A stretch of 64,000 nucleotides of DNA from Azolla caroliniana. Taxonomy: Eukaryota; Plantae; Polypodiophyta. Positions 47,101 through 60,152 of this stretch are shown in pieces. The position numbers and the translations under genes are program-made. The number at the start of each line of letters is the position of its first letter. Positions within the stretch are counted from its first letter, which is position 1. The DNA is taken from positions 21,700,001-21,764,000 of the forward strand of contig JBHGNT010000001.1 of NCBI GenBank assembly GCA_043228905.1, given 5' to 3'. The notes under the pieces are model-generated. The model searched no databases. It was not told where the DNA came from and saw only the letters and a program-made list of their open reading frames with translations.

Positions 47101-47869
47101 AGAGCAAGATACATTTCTCGGCTTTGGCATCAAGCTTCCTCTACTTCTCCTTCGACACATGCACATATGCTATGTTGTCGAGCACCCTCAAGTGCGCCAA
47201 GTTCGGCTTCTTCTCGAAGTACATATCATGTGGCAACACTTTACCTCTGGCTGTAGATGTCTGATTCTGAAGGTACATGGCCGTCATGACCGCTTTGGCC
47301 CAGTAAAACTTGGGCATGGTCTTCTCTTCCAGCATCGCCTTGTCTGCTTCTTCAATTGTCCGGTTCATCCTTTTGGGTATGTCGTTCTGCTCCGACATAT
47401 ATCTGCAGGAGAATTCCCTATGGATTTCCATCTTCTGCAAATAACAACTGAATTGACCTGAAAAGTACTCTTTTCCACCATTTGATCATAGGCACTTGAT
47501 TTTCCTTTCTATTTCCCTTTCGACTAAATTCTTCTAGTTTTGGAAACAGCTGAAGAAATTGTTCTTCTCTATAAGATAAACCCAAGCGTGCCAACTATAA
47601 TCATCGATGAAGGAGAGGAAATATCAACTCTTGCCTAAGCTCACATTCTGTGTTGATTCCTATACATCTGAGTGGATTAAATCGAGCTTGTTATAGCTCC
47701 GATTACGCTCATTGGGGAATGGATGTCAGTATTGCTTCCCGAATTGGCAAGCTTTACATCTTTGGCCTTTCCGGCTGCTAAATTTCGGTCGGCCGAACAC
47801 AACATGTTTCGCTGACGTGGCTGAACCACTTGTGCCATAAGTCGATCTTTGACTCGACCTTATGCCCTT
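44178..47869 (-). mobile_element. Degenerate, internally rearranged Copia D
   Basis: Partial 3' LTR at 44178-44394 followed by the PPT. RNase H is at ~45060-45570 and RT has a deletion at ~45860. There are two integrase segments (~46320-46710 and ~47140-47700). Confidence 0.82.
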
Positions 47870-50800
47870 TGTAAAGAATCGATGGTGATTCTTGTGCAGC
47901 GGAATAGACTAGAGATATGTGATGTGAGTGTGTGTGTATGAGAGAGAGAGAGAGTGAGAGAGAGAGAAACACAAAATAGATTAGAGAGACAATAGAATAC
48001 TCAAGAAGATGTATATTACAAAGGAGATTAATCGACTTAATTACAAAGTAGGAGGAGGGTGCTTTATATATTCACTCTCTCTCTCTTCATTAACTACCGA
48101 AGCTCATGGGTCATGGGGAATGTGAAAACTCATTAGTTATGTGTCATAGAATATGATTGTATGACACATAGTTAATGTGTAGATAAGAGTGGTGAACTTT
48201 GACCTTTGAGTGCACACTCTCAAGGGTGTGTTCACACACTAGACTAGGTTGAGCTTGATTCTCAACACGCCCCCTCAAGATCAACTTTGGTCAGCTACTT
48301 CAGTTGATGTCCACTTCGGCTTGTATCCGGTTCAGACGGTATCCAGTTTTCGATTGTACTCCCCCTCAAGCTTGGCAAGTCAAGGACTGTCAATCCAAGG
48401 TCTGACAGGAATTGCCAAAGCTTGTCGGCTCCTAGGGCTTTGGTGAAGATGTCAGTTGTCTAAAGATTCGTTGTGATATGTTGAAGGTTGATATCGCCAG
48501 CCTGAACACGCTCTCGAATGAAGTGATAGTGCACTTCGATATGCTTCGTGCGTGCGTGGAACACTGGGTTCCGAGCTAGATAAATATTGCTCATGTTGTC
48601 GCAGTAAAGGAGAATCAGATCTTTGATGGGAACGCCCAGATCCTTTAATATCCTCTTGAGCCATATGGCTTCACATGCAGCCACTGCCACGCCCTTGTAT
48701 TCGGCCTCTGTGCTCGAAAGAGCACCGGTTGGTTGCTTCTTGCTACTCTAGGAGATGGCTCCACTTCCGAGGGAGAAGAAGAAACCAGAGGTTGATCGTC
48801 GGTTGGCTTTGTCGCCTGCCCAATCGGCATCTGTGTACCCCTCGAGTTGAATTGGCGTGGCCGACTTATAGAGAATGCCATAGTCCATCGTTCCGCTCAC
48901 GTATCGTAGCACTCTCTTAGCACAATCCAAATGGATATCTCGTGGTGTTTGCATGAACTGGCTAAGAAGGCCGATCGGATAGCTCAGGTTTGGTCGAGTG
49001 ATCATGAGGTAGATAAGACTACTGATCAATTGTCGATACTGAGTCGGCTCACACTCTGTGGTGCTAGAATTGGCATCTAGTTTGAGGTTTCGTATGAGAG
49101 GTGTTGCCACAGACTTGCACTCAATCATCCTGAACTTGTATAACAAGTTGAGAATGTAGTGTCGTTGGGAGATCATAATCCCGGTTGGAGTCTGAATTAC
49201 CTCGATGCCATGGAAGTAGTGGAGCTCTTTCATGTTCGTCATCTCGAATTTGTTAGAAAGGAGGGATTTGACCTTGTTGATGTCGACTAGATGCTCACCT
49301 CCAATGACCAGATCATCCACGTACAGGATGATGACGATCGGACTTTCGAAATCACTTCTTACATAGAGAGAATTGTTGGATTTTGACATTTGGAAGCCGA
49401 TTCGATGAAGATATTGTGTTATCTTCGAGTGCCAAGCACGTGGTGCTTGCTTAAGGCTGTAGAGAGGCTTCTTGAGTCGGCAGATGGCTTTCAGATGAAT
49501 GTTGGATTCAAAGTCGGGTGGTTGTATCATGTACACCTCCTCTTCTAATTCACCTTGAAGAAAGGCGTTCTTGACATCCATTTGGTGGAGGTGCCACCCT
49601 TTCGCCACTGCAAGTGCGATCACGGTCCGCATAGTCGTCATCTTTGCCACTGGGGCAAAGGTCTCTTCATAATTGACTCCATGTGTTTGTGCGTAGCCCT
49701 TTGCTACGAGCCGAGCTTTGTAGCGGTTGACAGAACCGTCGGCATTATACTTCACTTTGAATATCCATCTGCAGCCAATTGCCTTCTTGTGCGGTGAGTG
49801 AGGGACGAGATCCCATGTCTCATTCTTGCTGAGAGCTTGCATCTCCTTGTTCATCGCTTCGAACCATCGCGGATCTTTAGCGGCTTTGGCAAAGCTCTCT
49901 AGTTCTTGAACTGCTGCCACCTTCATCATAAAGGCATAGTGGTATGCCATATAGTCGTTGTAGCCCAATCGGCTAACCGGATTCTTCTCTTGGGTGGAGT
50001 GACGGTGTTTCTCATTTGCCGATGTGAGTGCTTTCTCAACTCCGGGTGACCTCATAAGAGACACATCAAAGCCATCGAACTCACTATTGAGTGTATGAGT
50101 CGATTCGTTGCCATCGAAGTGATCGTCTTCATATTCCGACATTTTGGCCTTCCCTTTGTCCATCTTTGGATTTGGCTGAGATGTGCTTTGGTTGCTCGGA
50201 GGCTCGGAGGCTCTTGTGGTCCACTCAATCTGGTTGAGATCGGACTCTCTTCGAGTATTGACCTTAGTTGATCATCATGTTCTGTGTTGTCAAGGTCGTT
50301 CGTAGATGGCTCGGGAGGAGTCGGCTCGGGTTTGTACCATGATGTCTATTCGTCAAAGACAACATCCCAACTTACACGAGTCTTCCAAGTAGAGGGGTTG
50401 AAGCACTTGTACCCCTTTTGCTCCAGTGAGTACCCCACGAGGATGCACTTCTCTGATTTTGGGTCAAGCTTCTGCCGCTTCTCATCGGGAATGTGCACGT
50501 ATGCAATGGAGCCGAATATCCTTACATGGGATAAATCCGGCTTCTTCCCATAGTATTTCTCGTGTAGGGTGACCTCGTGCACTCCGGATGTTGTGCACCG
50601 GTTCATGAGGTAGATGGCAGTATTTGTAGCTTATGCCTAATATGACTTGGGCATATGATTCTCATTTAGCATGTCCCTTGCTACTTCGAGGATGTGCCGA
50701 TTCTTGCGTTCAGCTACACCGTGCTGTTGCGGTGTGTGTCGGCAAGTGAATTCTCGCCGAATTCCTTCTTGTCGAAGGTATGCCATGAATGCATCGGAGA

Positions 50801-51442
50801 AGTATTCCTTTCCTCCGTCTCACCGAAGATATTGTACATGATGCCCAATTGTCTTTTCGACTTCGCTTTTGAATTTTTGGAAGTGTGTAAACACTTCGCT
50901 CTTCATCCTCATGGGAAAGATCCATGGGTATCTAGAGAAGTCATCGATGAAGGTAACATAGTACTAACATCCTCCGAACGTAGCCGTTTGTGCCGGTCCC
51001 CACACATCTGAGTGGACTATGTCCAATAGGCCTTTGCTCACGTTCCTCTCCTTCGGGAATGGGTGCCGATGTTGCTTGCCAAATTGGCATGCTTCACATA
51101 CTCCTTCAATCTCGTTCTCTTTGAAGTTTGCGAGCCCGATGACGACTCCTTTCGATTGCATCGGCTTGAGTTTGTTGAGATTGATATGGCCGATTCTTTT
51201 ATGCCATAACTCTATATCGGTGTTGAATTTGAGGCCCTTTGCAAAAATGGCCGATTTTACCTCGTTCGCTTCGAGGATAAACATTCAGCCTTTCCTTCGA
51301 CCATGAGCAATTAGTCGGCCTTCCTTCTCGATGAAGCAACCTCCTTGGTTGAATCAAACTTGCATCCCTTGCTCCACAATTTGGCCGACCGAGACCAAAT
51401 TCTTCGTTATGGTGGGTACATGTAAGACATTTTTAATGCAAG

Positions 51443-51874
51443 TTTGTTCATCTTCTTTCCCGAATGGGACATTGCCGACATGCCGAATCAGATGAGTGGT
51501 GTCGTCTCCGGTCTCGACATAACCGGGTCGATCCGGCTCTCGAAGGTCTTTGAACCATTCTTGATGGGACGTCATATAGTTCGAAGCACTAGAGTCAACG
51601 AACCATTACATCTTCCGGATTGGAGGCATTAGTCGAAGTAGAGGCTGACATAGAATTTGCTCACCTTCTTTCCCGAATGGGACATTGCCGACATGCCGAA
51701 TCAGATGAGTGGTGTCGTCTCCGGTCTCGACATAACCGGGTCGATCCGGCTCTCGGAGGTCTTTGAACCATTCTTGATGGGACGTCATATAGTTCGAAGC
51801 ACTAGAGTCAACGAACCATTACATCTTCCGGATTGGAGGCATTAGTCGAAGTAGAGGCTGACATAGAATTTGCT
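51443..51874. repeat. 213-bp tandem duplication covering the Copia protease active site
   Basis: MTSHQEWFKDLREPDRPGYVETGDD occurs twice, 213 nt apart, with TTTGCTC microhomology at the junction. Confidence 0.92.
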
Positions 51875-53447
51875 CTATGTCTCATTACAAACGTTCCACA
51901 ATGATCTTCATAGTCGGAGCTGGTGGCATAATTGGTGAGTTGTCGGCTTGTGGAAGCCGACTCACGCTTCTTCTTTCGACACTCTTCTTCATGGTGGCCG
52001 AATTTTCCTCAATAACCGCATTCGAGCGAGTTTTGTCGACTTGAACCGGAATGGAAGCTCCCCCTTCTTCCGAAGGTTCCTCGATGGCTTCCGTCTTGTT
52101 GCCAAAATTGGGAGCTCTAGAATCCATATACCACAGCTAGTTTCGTTTTGAGGTGCTTGGCACAATCGAATTGACCTTGTGCTTCATCACAATGCAATGC
52201 ATGTTTCAGTCTGCCTTGAACCCTCAACATAGTGCGATCTCTACTGCATCTCAGGGTCGGCTCTACTTGATCCAACTTTGTCCAAATCAACCTGTTTCTT
52301 CTAACACTCACTCTCCTTGTGGCCCTTCGGACCACAATACCAGTAGTCGGTGGCTTTGTTTTGCTGGCGTCTGGCTCCACCTTTACTTCCCTATTCAAGG
52401 AGGGTCCACTACTGTCAACATTTCTATTATGCCTCTTATTCTGATCCTATCAAATGCCTCCATTGCGTGCCGACCTCCCTCATCGTCCACGACCATGGGG
52501 CCGATCGACTTCCATGTACAACATCTTATTGTCAGCATGAGTGCACACTGACACACCTATGTGGTTCTCTTCGATGAGACATATGGACTGCAACTCAAAG
52601 AAGGACGATGTATTCTCCCTCGTGTAGACCGATGTTTGGAATGATCCAAACTTCTGTGCTAGACCCCCCTAGGCAGATATGCACCATTCCATCTTCTCCA
52701 ACTATTACATTGATGGAGGTGAGGGAGTCACAGATCTCCTTGAGCCTAGAGGTATAATTGGCCACTAACATGTCTCTTTGTCAGACATTGCTTAGCTCAT
52801 GTCTGTGTTGTAGCTTTCTAGTCATCATGTTTGTGGCAAAGATCCACTTTAGGTTCACCCAAGCATCCTTTGGCATCTTGGCATCCTAGATATAGCTCAA
52901 TAGTTGGTCGCTCACATAGGATGTGAAGCAATACAACACTCTGCTCTCCACCTATTCCTAGGTCGGGAAATCTCTGTGCGTTGAATCTAGTGATGCATTG
53001 TTGGCTCCTTTGACATAGCTCATGTACCCGTGTTCGAACAGGTACTAGTGCATCTTGTACGACTAAGATGCGTAGTTGCTCTTGTCGAGATTTTCCATCG
53101 GAAGCAAATTGCCCATTCCCCTATCCATGTTCTTGTTAGTTTTGTTCGGAGATTCAAAAGCATGAAGCAGTAAAGAACTTTGCTTGCCGCTTGTTCCCAA
53201 GCCAAAAAATCTCCGTGTGTTGATTCGGGTGTTGTATCATTAGCTGCTTCAACATAACTCCACTAACCATGACCAAGCAGATACTGGTGCATCTTGTACG
53301 ACCAAGTTTAAAGCACTTATCTACTGTAGCGGATTCTTCTCAACCGTCAGGGTCTAATACCATGTTAAAGAATAGCGTGTGGAAGTTAGTACACAAGACC
53401 CAGCCGACTCAGTTGGACATCTGTAAAAAAATAGGTATTTATAGAGC

Positions 53448-53448
<1 letters not shown>

Positions 53449-53516
<68 letters not shown>
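53449..53516. repeat. (GA)n microsatellite within an LTR
   Basis: More than 30 GA units read directly. Confidence 0.95.
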
Positions 53517-53863
53517 TAGAACAAACAACAAAACTTTCTATTAAAAAATATGACTTAGTGCATACAAATATGCTTACAAAGCACTTTATAGCAAAGCACT
53601 AACAAAAGTAATGACACATACTTCAATGCTCACACATGAACTCTAACACTAAATTCAATAGTATTCCTATTTACTAAAATAGGAGTGTAAGCCTCTAATA
53701 GCCTATTAGATCCCAACCAATCTGGTTGTAGGCTTCTTTAGTCGACCTGGTATTTAGCTTCTCCAACAGATCCTCCTCAACCATCTCGGCTATTGGTTTC
53801 TTCAGCCGATCTGGCCTATCAGCCTTTAGCCAGTCTGGTTTACATTGAGCTTGTCTCTCGACA

Positions 53864-54065
53864 AACTCTCCTCACAAGGATTGAAGTTTGAAGAAGAAAT
53901 CAAAACCCTTACACTTCTCTCGAGCCTCATGACAAGCTGGGAAATATTTTGCACAACCGTCACCAACAATTCATAGAATTTGACACCTGATGAAGCAATC
54001 AGGCTGGTATTCTTCGAAGACCTCTAAAGGAGATCAATGGGACTCACCATTAATGATAACTTCAT
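53864..54065 (+). mobile_element. Copia gag fragment (related to element B)
   Basis: LSSQGLKFEEEIKTLTLLSSL, homologous to 22317-22510. Confidence 0.7.
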
Positions 54066-54498
54066 GATTAGATAGAACCCAATAAGCTTTAGGGTGATTC
54101 AAACCCATGACCTCCTCAGAGGAGACATACAATGTCAACCATTAGGATACAACATATTATATATATTATATTAATAGGAAGCGTATATAATAATATTATG
54201 AAATGTTGCCACCATGCATAGGCTAACACATGATTGCCAAGCGACATGCTTGCATGAATGGCAAGTGGTGATCATGCATGTATCCAAACCATGCTATATA
54301 AATATGTATTTGAGTATTGGTGAACCATTGATGTTCAACGCCAGTCTTTGGCATATTCTTGTAAACCTTACTCTCGTTGTTAATACATTATCAAATTCTT
54401 CTTATTCTCTCTCATTTCTCTCATATCTTCCACTTCTCGTTCTCTTCTTCATTTTAAAACTTGTTTCGGCCCTAGCAGTTTGAACAGGAATTATCCCC

Positions 54499-54537
<39 letters not shown>

Positions 54538-54541
<4 letters not shown>

Positions 54542-56763
54542 GTCTATCTCGGAGTCACTTTCAGTGCCCGCTCATGTAAATTTTCGATGACACAAGCAGC
54601 AAAGGATAGACTTACGAGAAGACATGCATCCCTCTCACTCCTCAAGAGACAATGCCATCAAGCATACTTTCAAGAGCCACGGACTAAAGGGTGGCTCTTT
54701 GACTCATTAGTGACTCCCTTCCTCATGTATGCATCAGTGATTTGGGCTCCAAGACTACCATCTTTCATGTGGACGCAATTAGAGAGACCATTGGTGATGA
54801 TGTTATCATGCCAAATTTGAAGCAAATCGACAGTACCACATGACATTATTAGGGCTGAGTTCACTCTACCCCCGATGTTAGTAGAGGCACTTTTTCAACT
54901 TGTAGTCTTTATCCACAGGATACTGAAAAGAGAGATGATGATAGAAAAGAGAGAGAAGGAAGATATAGAAACCCAAATCTACAAAGATATATTAATAAGG
55001 AGTGATGATCATAGAAACAAGAGAAAGAAGATACATAAACTCAAGCCTACAAGGATCAATTGATCACTAGAAAAACGCACTACATGAATAGGCAAGAAAA
55101 ACACCACAAGAAAAAAAACTCCTCCTCACCACCTCACTCTTCTTGCTTTATATGAAGTTCTCCTCTAGTAGATAAGTTTCGCTTGCTTTCTTTTCCACGC
55201 TTTTTTTAGAGCTTTTCCATCTCCTATTCTTAGCTATGACACAATGATCTTCTAATCGTCATATCTCCCTCATCCATGCTCCAAATTTAGAGTTTTAAAA
55301 AGCTACGGATAGCTCTCGTCATAAGCTTTCTAACCCATATTAACACGTGATATTTGGGTGTCAAACGAGAGAGTTATGAGCATTTGTTTCTGACTGCGTT
55401 TTGGTGGTCTGCTTTTTCTCTTTTTAACTTTTCTCCATCTTTATTGCTTTTATTTGGACTTATCCACGAGATGTTAGTTCATGTCCTTGTCCTCCAAATG
55501 TGAATCCTCCATACCTTATATTCTTTTAGTGTCCAATGGCTTGAATTCTAAAAACAGTTTCACAGATACATAGCCAACCACATGATAGAACATCCCATCA
55601 AGCCTTTAAGGCCTCTTGATCACTGTATGAGTCTGGCTATACTAGCTCATGGTATGGCATGATGGTGAGTTGGCTTCTTGTGAACGGACAAGACATTAAT
55701 AACCTCCCCCCTCTTAAGTACGACCACGCGATTGATAACACTTTAATCTCTCATGAGGACCGCAATAAAGTAATACGCCAAGAAATATGACAAATTTACA
55801 CTCGGTATAAATGGATCACCCCACTAGAGCCACTCCCATCTAAAATGTTGTACTATAAGGAACACTTCATGCACTTCTTTAAGTTAGGTTTTATTACGCG
55901 GCCAAAATATCTAGATGTATTCTTACCACATGCACTAAGGGTTGCCATTGGTCAACTTAGAATATCATCTCACCAACTTGCGATTGAGAATGGAAGTACT
56001 AATGGAGTCCCAAGGGAGGAAAGGATATGTAGGTTATGCCACATAGAGATGGAGGATGAGTACCACTTTACATGCAAATGTCCCACCTATGCCGAGATAA
56101 GGACAAAATACCAAGTCATACTTGGTTCCTCTCTCACCATCCCTAAACATTAGATACTTTAGATATAAAGAAATTAGGCAGATACATCCTAGAACTAAAA
56201 CAACACAGAGAGAATAAGTTACAAAATGTTGACAATAATGTTGCTAATGTTCACCAACATGTAACAAATGAAGTTTTTCAGGGACAGGGGAAGACAACGA
56301 ATGTCGACACACCTGGACCACTCGGGCCTTTCCTTGATGAAGTAGAAAATCAAAGAAGAACCAAACGCCCTTGGATGCCCGGTTTCAAAGCAACTGGACG
56401 TGGTGTAGAAGCAATAAAGAAAATAAGGGAACGTGAGCTACACCGCCTAGAAGCCATGGCTGGGGCACTCTGTACACTGGGACCATGGGTCATACCCACA
56501 CCAAAACCCGTTGACCTCCCACTTCTTTTCGAGAGGCTTGGGTGGAAATGAAAATAGGCTTAGTGCAAAGTCACTTCTTTTTTATCAAGTATACCATGTT
56601 TTGTACACTACAAGAACCCTTTTAGCTTAAGCTAATTTTACTTTACTTTTATTTTAGTTCTGATGATTAGATAAATACCCATTTTTTGTAAACCAACTAT
56701 CTCATGGCCCAATTTTGGCCTTTGAAGACGTTAATAAATCATTCATTCATTCATTCATTCATT

Positions 56764-56764
<1 letters not shown>
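54538..56764 (+). mobile_element. 5'-truncated APE-RT LINE (same clade as 12.6-22.2 kb), carrying a solo LTR
   Basis: It starts at YVYLGVTF and has the C-terminus QLRISSHQLAIE...ERICRLC...EDEYHFTCKC (55845-56153). The 3' motif is TCTCAT-hairpin-TGAAGACG with a (CATT)n tail. (CT)n flanks both sides. Confidence 0.85.
54924..55564. mobile_element. Solo LTR (641 bp)
   Basis: TGAAA...TTCACA with the 5-bp TSD GATAC (54919-54923, 55565-55569). The LINE sequence is continuous across it. Confidence 0.85.
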
Positions 56765-56823
<59 letters not shown>

Positions 56824-57124
56824 GTCCTTCCATTTCCTTGAGAATCTTACCAAACATTATCCTCGCCATGGAGTCAGTTCGAAAGCAAGAGTAAGTTCGA
56901 GTCGTCTCTAAACTAGAGCATCTCACAAATAAGTTTGTGGCGTTAGAGTAAGAGAATTAACGATTGCTTGGAGATTTGCAACAAGTAAGCATAGGAAAGG
57001 CACAACAATATGTTGAGTTATTGAGGCGTGTATTGCAACTCAAAACAACATTGTGATCTCTTCATCAACAAGCTTTAATGCAACAAACATCTCCCTAAGA
57101 ACTGAAGATAGATTTCTAAACCAA

Positions 57125-58505
57125 GTATGAGAACTTTGTCGGTTCCCTTGTCCGGGATTACCGGATCCGGATTTATTTGAATCGGCACACTTCTTCCAAC
57201 ACTCGCTTTCTCTATGGCCCTTTTGGTCACAATACCAGCATTTCGTTTCGGTCTTCGATTGTCAGTTTTAGGCGCCGTTTTGACTCCCCCTGCTTGTGGA
57301 GGGTCTGAAACTGTCGGCACTACCTCTGTGCCTTCGGTTCTGCTCTTGCCGGCTACTGCTACTGTGTGCCGACCCACCGCGTCCTCCACACCCGTGGGGA
57401 CGATCCGCCTCCGTCTACAATATCCGGCTGTCTGATTGAGTGGTCCTCGACCCACTTGCGTGGTTTTCTTTGACCATGAGCATCGATTGCAGGTCGATGG
57501 CTTCTCCCAGGTGCAAATTGTAGTCCAGATTGGCCCATACCGGTGTGCTTGATTACCGAGGAAAATCTAGACCATGTCGTCCTCGTCCACCGTCACGTTG
57601 ATGGAGCCGAGTGCATCGTAGATCTCCTTTATCTTGGTGGTGTAGTCGGTGACCGACATTTCCCGTTGCCGGATACTGTTGAGCTCTTGCCGGAACTACA
57701 ACTTTGGAGACGTGGTACTTGTGGAGAAAATCTTCCAGAGATTTTCCCACACTTCCTTTGGTGACTTGACATCTCTGATGTAGCCAAGCATCTGGTCATG
57801 CACACAGGACGCGAGGTAGTACAACACCCTACTCGCTCCTTGCTCCCAGAACGGGAAGTCCTTGTGTACTAAATCCGGCGTTTCTTCATTTGCACCTTCC
57901 ACGTAGCTCAAGTATCCATGCCCTAGCAGGTACTAGTGCATTTTATATGACCAAGACACATAGTTGCTTCGGTCGAGCTTTTCTGTTGGAAGCGAGCTCA
58001 CCATGCTTCTGTCCTTATCTTCCTTCCTGTTCTTTACCGGGTGTTAGGTTTTGTCTGTGAGCGTCACTTGTCGGCAACAGAGGATTCTCAAGTTAATATA
58101 TAAAAGTTAGTATGCAGAAGCTTAGATAAACCAACTCAGCCGGATAACAACAATAAAACAGAAATGAAGATTTAATGGAAGCTTAAGAATACATAATACA
58201 CGGGAGAGATAGAGAGAGTAGAACAACATAAACTCAATTCAAAATAATAACACTATGTACATACAAATGTCCTACAGAACACTTTTTATACAAGTCCTTA
58301 AAAGGACTAACAGAAGTACTGACATGTACTTCAATGCTCATACAAGTGACTGACACTAACTCCAAGGAATATGCCTATGTACTAGGCTCGGACCATAGGC
58401 TCCAATGGCTACCAGTTATGACTATTTCGGAGTACGATCCGGTTCTTTGATCTAGCTCTAGCTTATTTAGCCGATCCAGATCCGGTTGAGCTTGCTTGCT
58501 CAACA
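57125..58505 (-). mobile_element. 5' part of a Copia (C-related): LTR ~58095-58505 and gag
   Basis: Gag WEQGASRVLYYLASCVHDQMLGY. The LTR resembles 42890-43314 and ends in CTCAACA. Confidence 0.82.
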
Positions 58506-58899
58506 AAGATTTATGCCAGCAAGTTTCGCGTTGAAGAATCAAAGATGATAGAACGTCTCTGAGGAAAAATTACTATGATCTTGATGGTCCCTTATGCTCT
58601 ATGTCTCTAAAATTATTCCTGTGTCGTGTGTTTATTTATTTATTTTGGTCGTGTGTTTTTTGGAAAGGTGTCTACTGGTTTGAAGGCTCATGTAATGGGC
58701 CCTAATTTTGTTCCAGGTCAAAAGGACTTGTACACCAAGAACATGCAAAGAACAGTTATTTGGATGGGAAGAAGAGGCAATCGGCTTGCAGATAGAGAAG
58801 ATTGAGTGGTTATCTTCAACAGTGAAGAAGGGTGAAACTAGGATGAAACTAAGAAGATTAAGCATTATCAAGAAAGTTTTTATATAGAAGAGGAGATGG

Positions 58900-59945
58900 A
58901 ATCTGCCTCACATAAATACACGGCCACAGCTAGACCGCCCCCAACAAACGGCCAGACCATGACGGTGGGAGACGGCCGACATCCGGCAACCGAAAATGGT
59001 GCCAAACAACGAACGACAGAGACAACCGACGGTTGCCAAGCCGGACAAATGACGATGGCTGACGTCTGACAGACCAGGTTACTGGTCATCAGCGGTCGAA
59101 CCGGTTATCAACGGAGACACAGTGGACAGGGCTGGCCGGACAAAAGGTCTGACGACCGGCCTCTGTCGACGAAGAGCTGGACAAAAGGAGGGGAGAGGCA
59201 GTCAGAAGAGAAAGACAGAAGCAATAGACAGAAAAGGAAGAAATCAGAGAGGACCGCGACAAAGAAGAAGAAGAAGGAAAAAGGAAGAACAAGAAGAGGA
59301 AGAAGAAGCTGAAGCCATGGCAGAGGAAGTGGCTATTGCAAGAAGGAAATAGAAGAAGAAATGAAAAGAAGAAGAAGAAAAGACAATGCAAACTGAAGAT
59401 GGAAAGCATGCAGACAAGAAGGAAGGAGAAGGAGGAAGACAACAAAGGGCACATGCTGACCGAACAAGAAGGTTTGAGTCAAGTAAAGCTCCGTTCAAAG
59501 TTATAGATCATAGAGCTATGATCAGGTTGCAGGATTTCTGACCATTTAGTTGTGGTTGAGAATAGTTGCCATGGCGAGTGGGTTCACCGTGCGATGCACT
59601 GTCCCACAACCGTGCCAGGTGTTACCCGTAAGAGTGTATGGGGAGGCATAAGAGTGGAACATGTTAAAGTGGTTGTTGTGTAGGTGTAATGTATACGAGT
59701 GTGAGTGAGGTGGAATGTGTGTGTGAACACATGCACAACTATGTGCATGTGTATAATGGTCTTTTTTGTAACGGTCATTTTATGTAACCGTGACATTTTA
59801 TGTACTATATAAACCCCTTATGGGGTATGTAATGAATATACAGTTTTTCCCTCTCACATTTTGTGTCATATCTTTGTTTTCTCTCTCTCACGTAACTCCC
59901 TTTGGGGGGGGGAGTCGTTCTTGGCTCCACCCCCCACCATTAACA
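58900..59945 (+). other. Possible long LTR or LTR-derived region (purine-rich tract, TATA, ...TAACA end)
   Basis: TATATAAACCCC at ~59806, a pyrimidine-rich leader and an end at CATTAACA. No partner LTR or TSD was found. Confidence 0.3.
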
Positions 59946-60152
59946 CTATCAAGCTGGCAAGATTCACTCAAAAGAGACTCGACAACCACTTCAAGTCAAC
60001 TTTGGGTGAGGTGGAATGAAAAAGTTAATGGAAGATGCCAAGAGAGAAACAACTCAAGCGATATAATCCGTGGAAACCTTACGGTTGCACGTAGAAGACT
60101 CATATGTTGGATTTGGCTTTTGGCAAGATGTGATGGAGTATAAAAGAAAAGT

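Larger units (their letters stand above)
47870..53863 (-). mobile_element. Copia E (3' LTR 47870-48267, RH, RT, INT, PR, gag) joined to a second gag start, PBS remnant and non-matching LTR (53363-53863)
   Basis: RT ORF at 48748-50163 (ILYVDD, YTDADWAG), INT VHSDVWGP, PR WFVDS, and gag at ~52150-53130. TCTAATACCA is at 53353-53362. The two LTRs differ in sequence, so the element is chimeric. Confidence 0.85.
54070..56856 (+). mobile_element. Probable LTR of an unclassified element, split by a LINE
   Basis: A CATG-rich block, TATA CTATATAAAT (54294-54303), a CT-rich leader that resumes after the LINE, and an end at ...CCAAACA (~56856). A tRNA-like segment lies on the minus strand at 54085-54152. 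The 5' TG end was not identified. Confidence 0.45.

Noticed and set aside
59089-59498. Hydrophobic or charged ORFs (env-like)
   Set aside because: These arise from a GAA-rich low-complexity tract.
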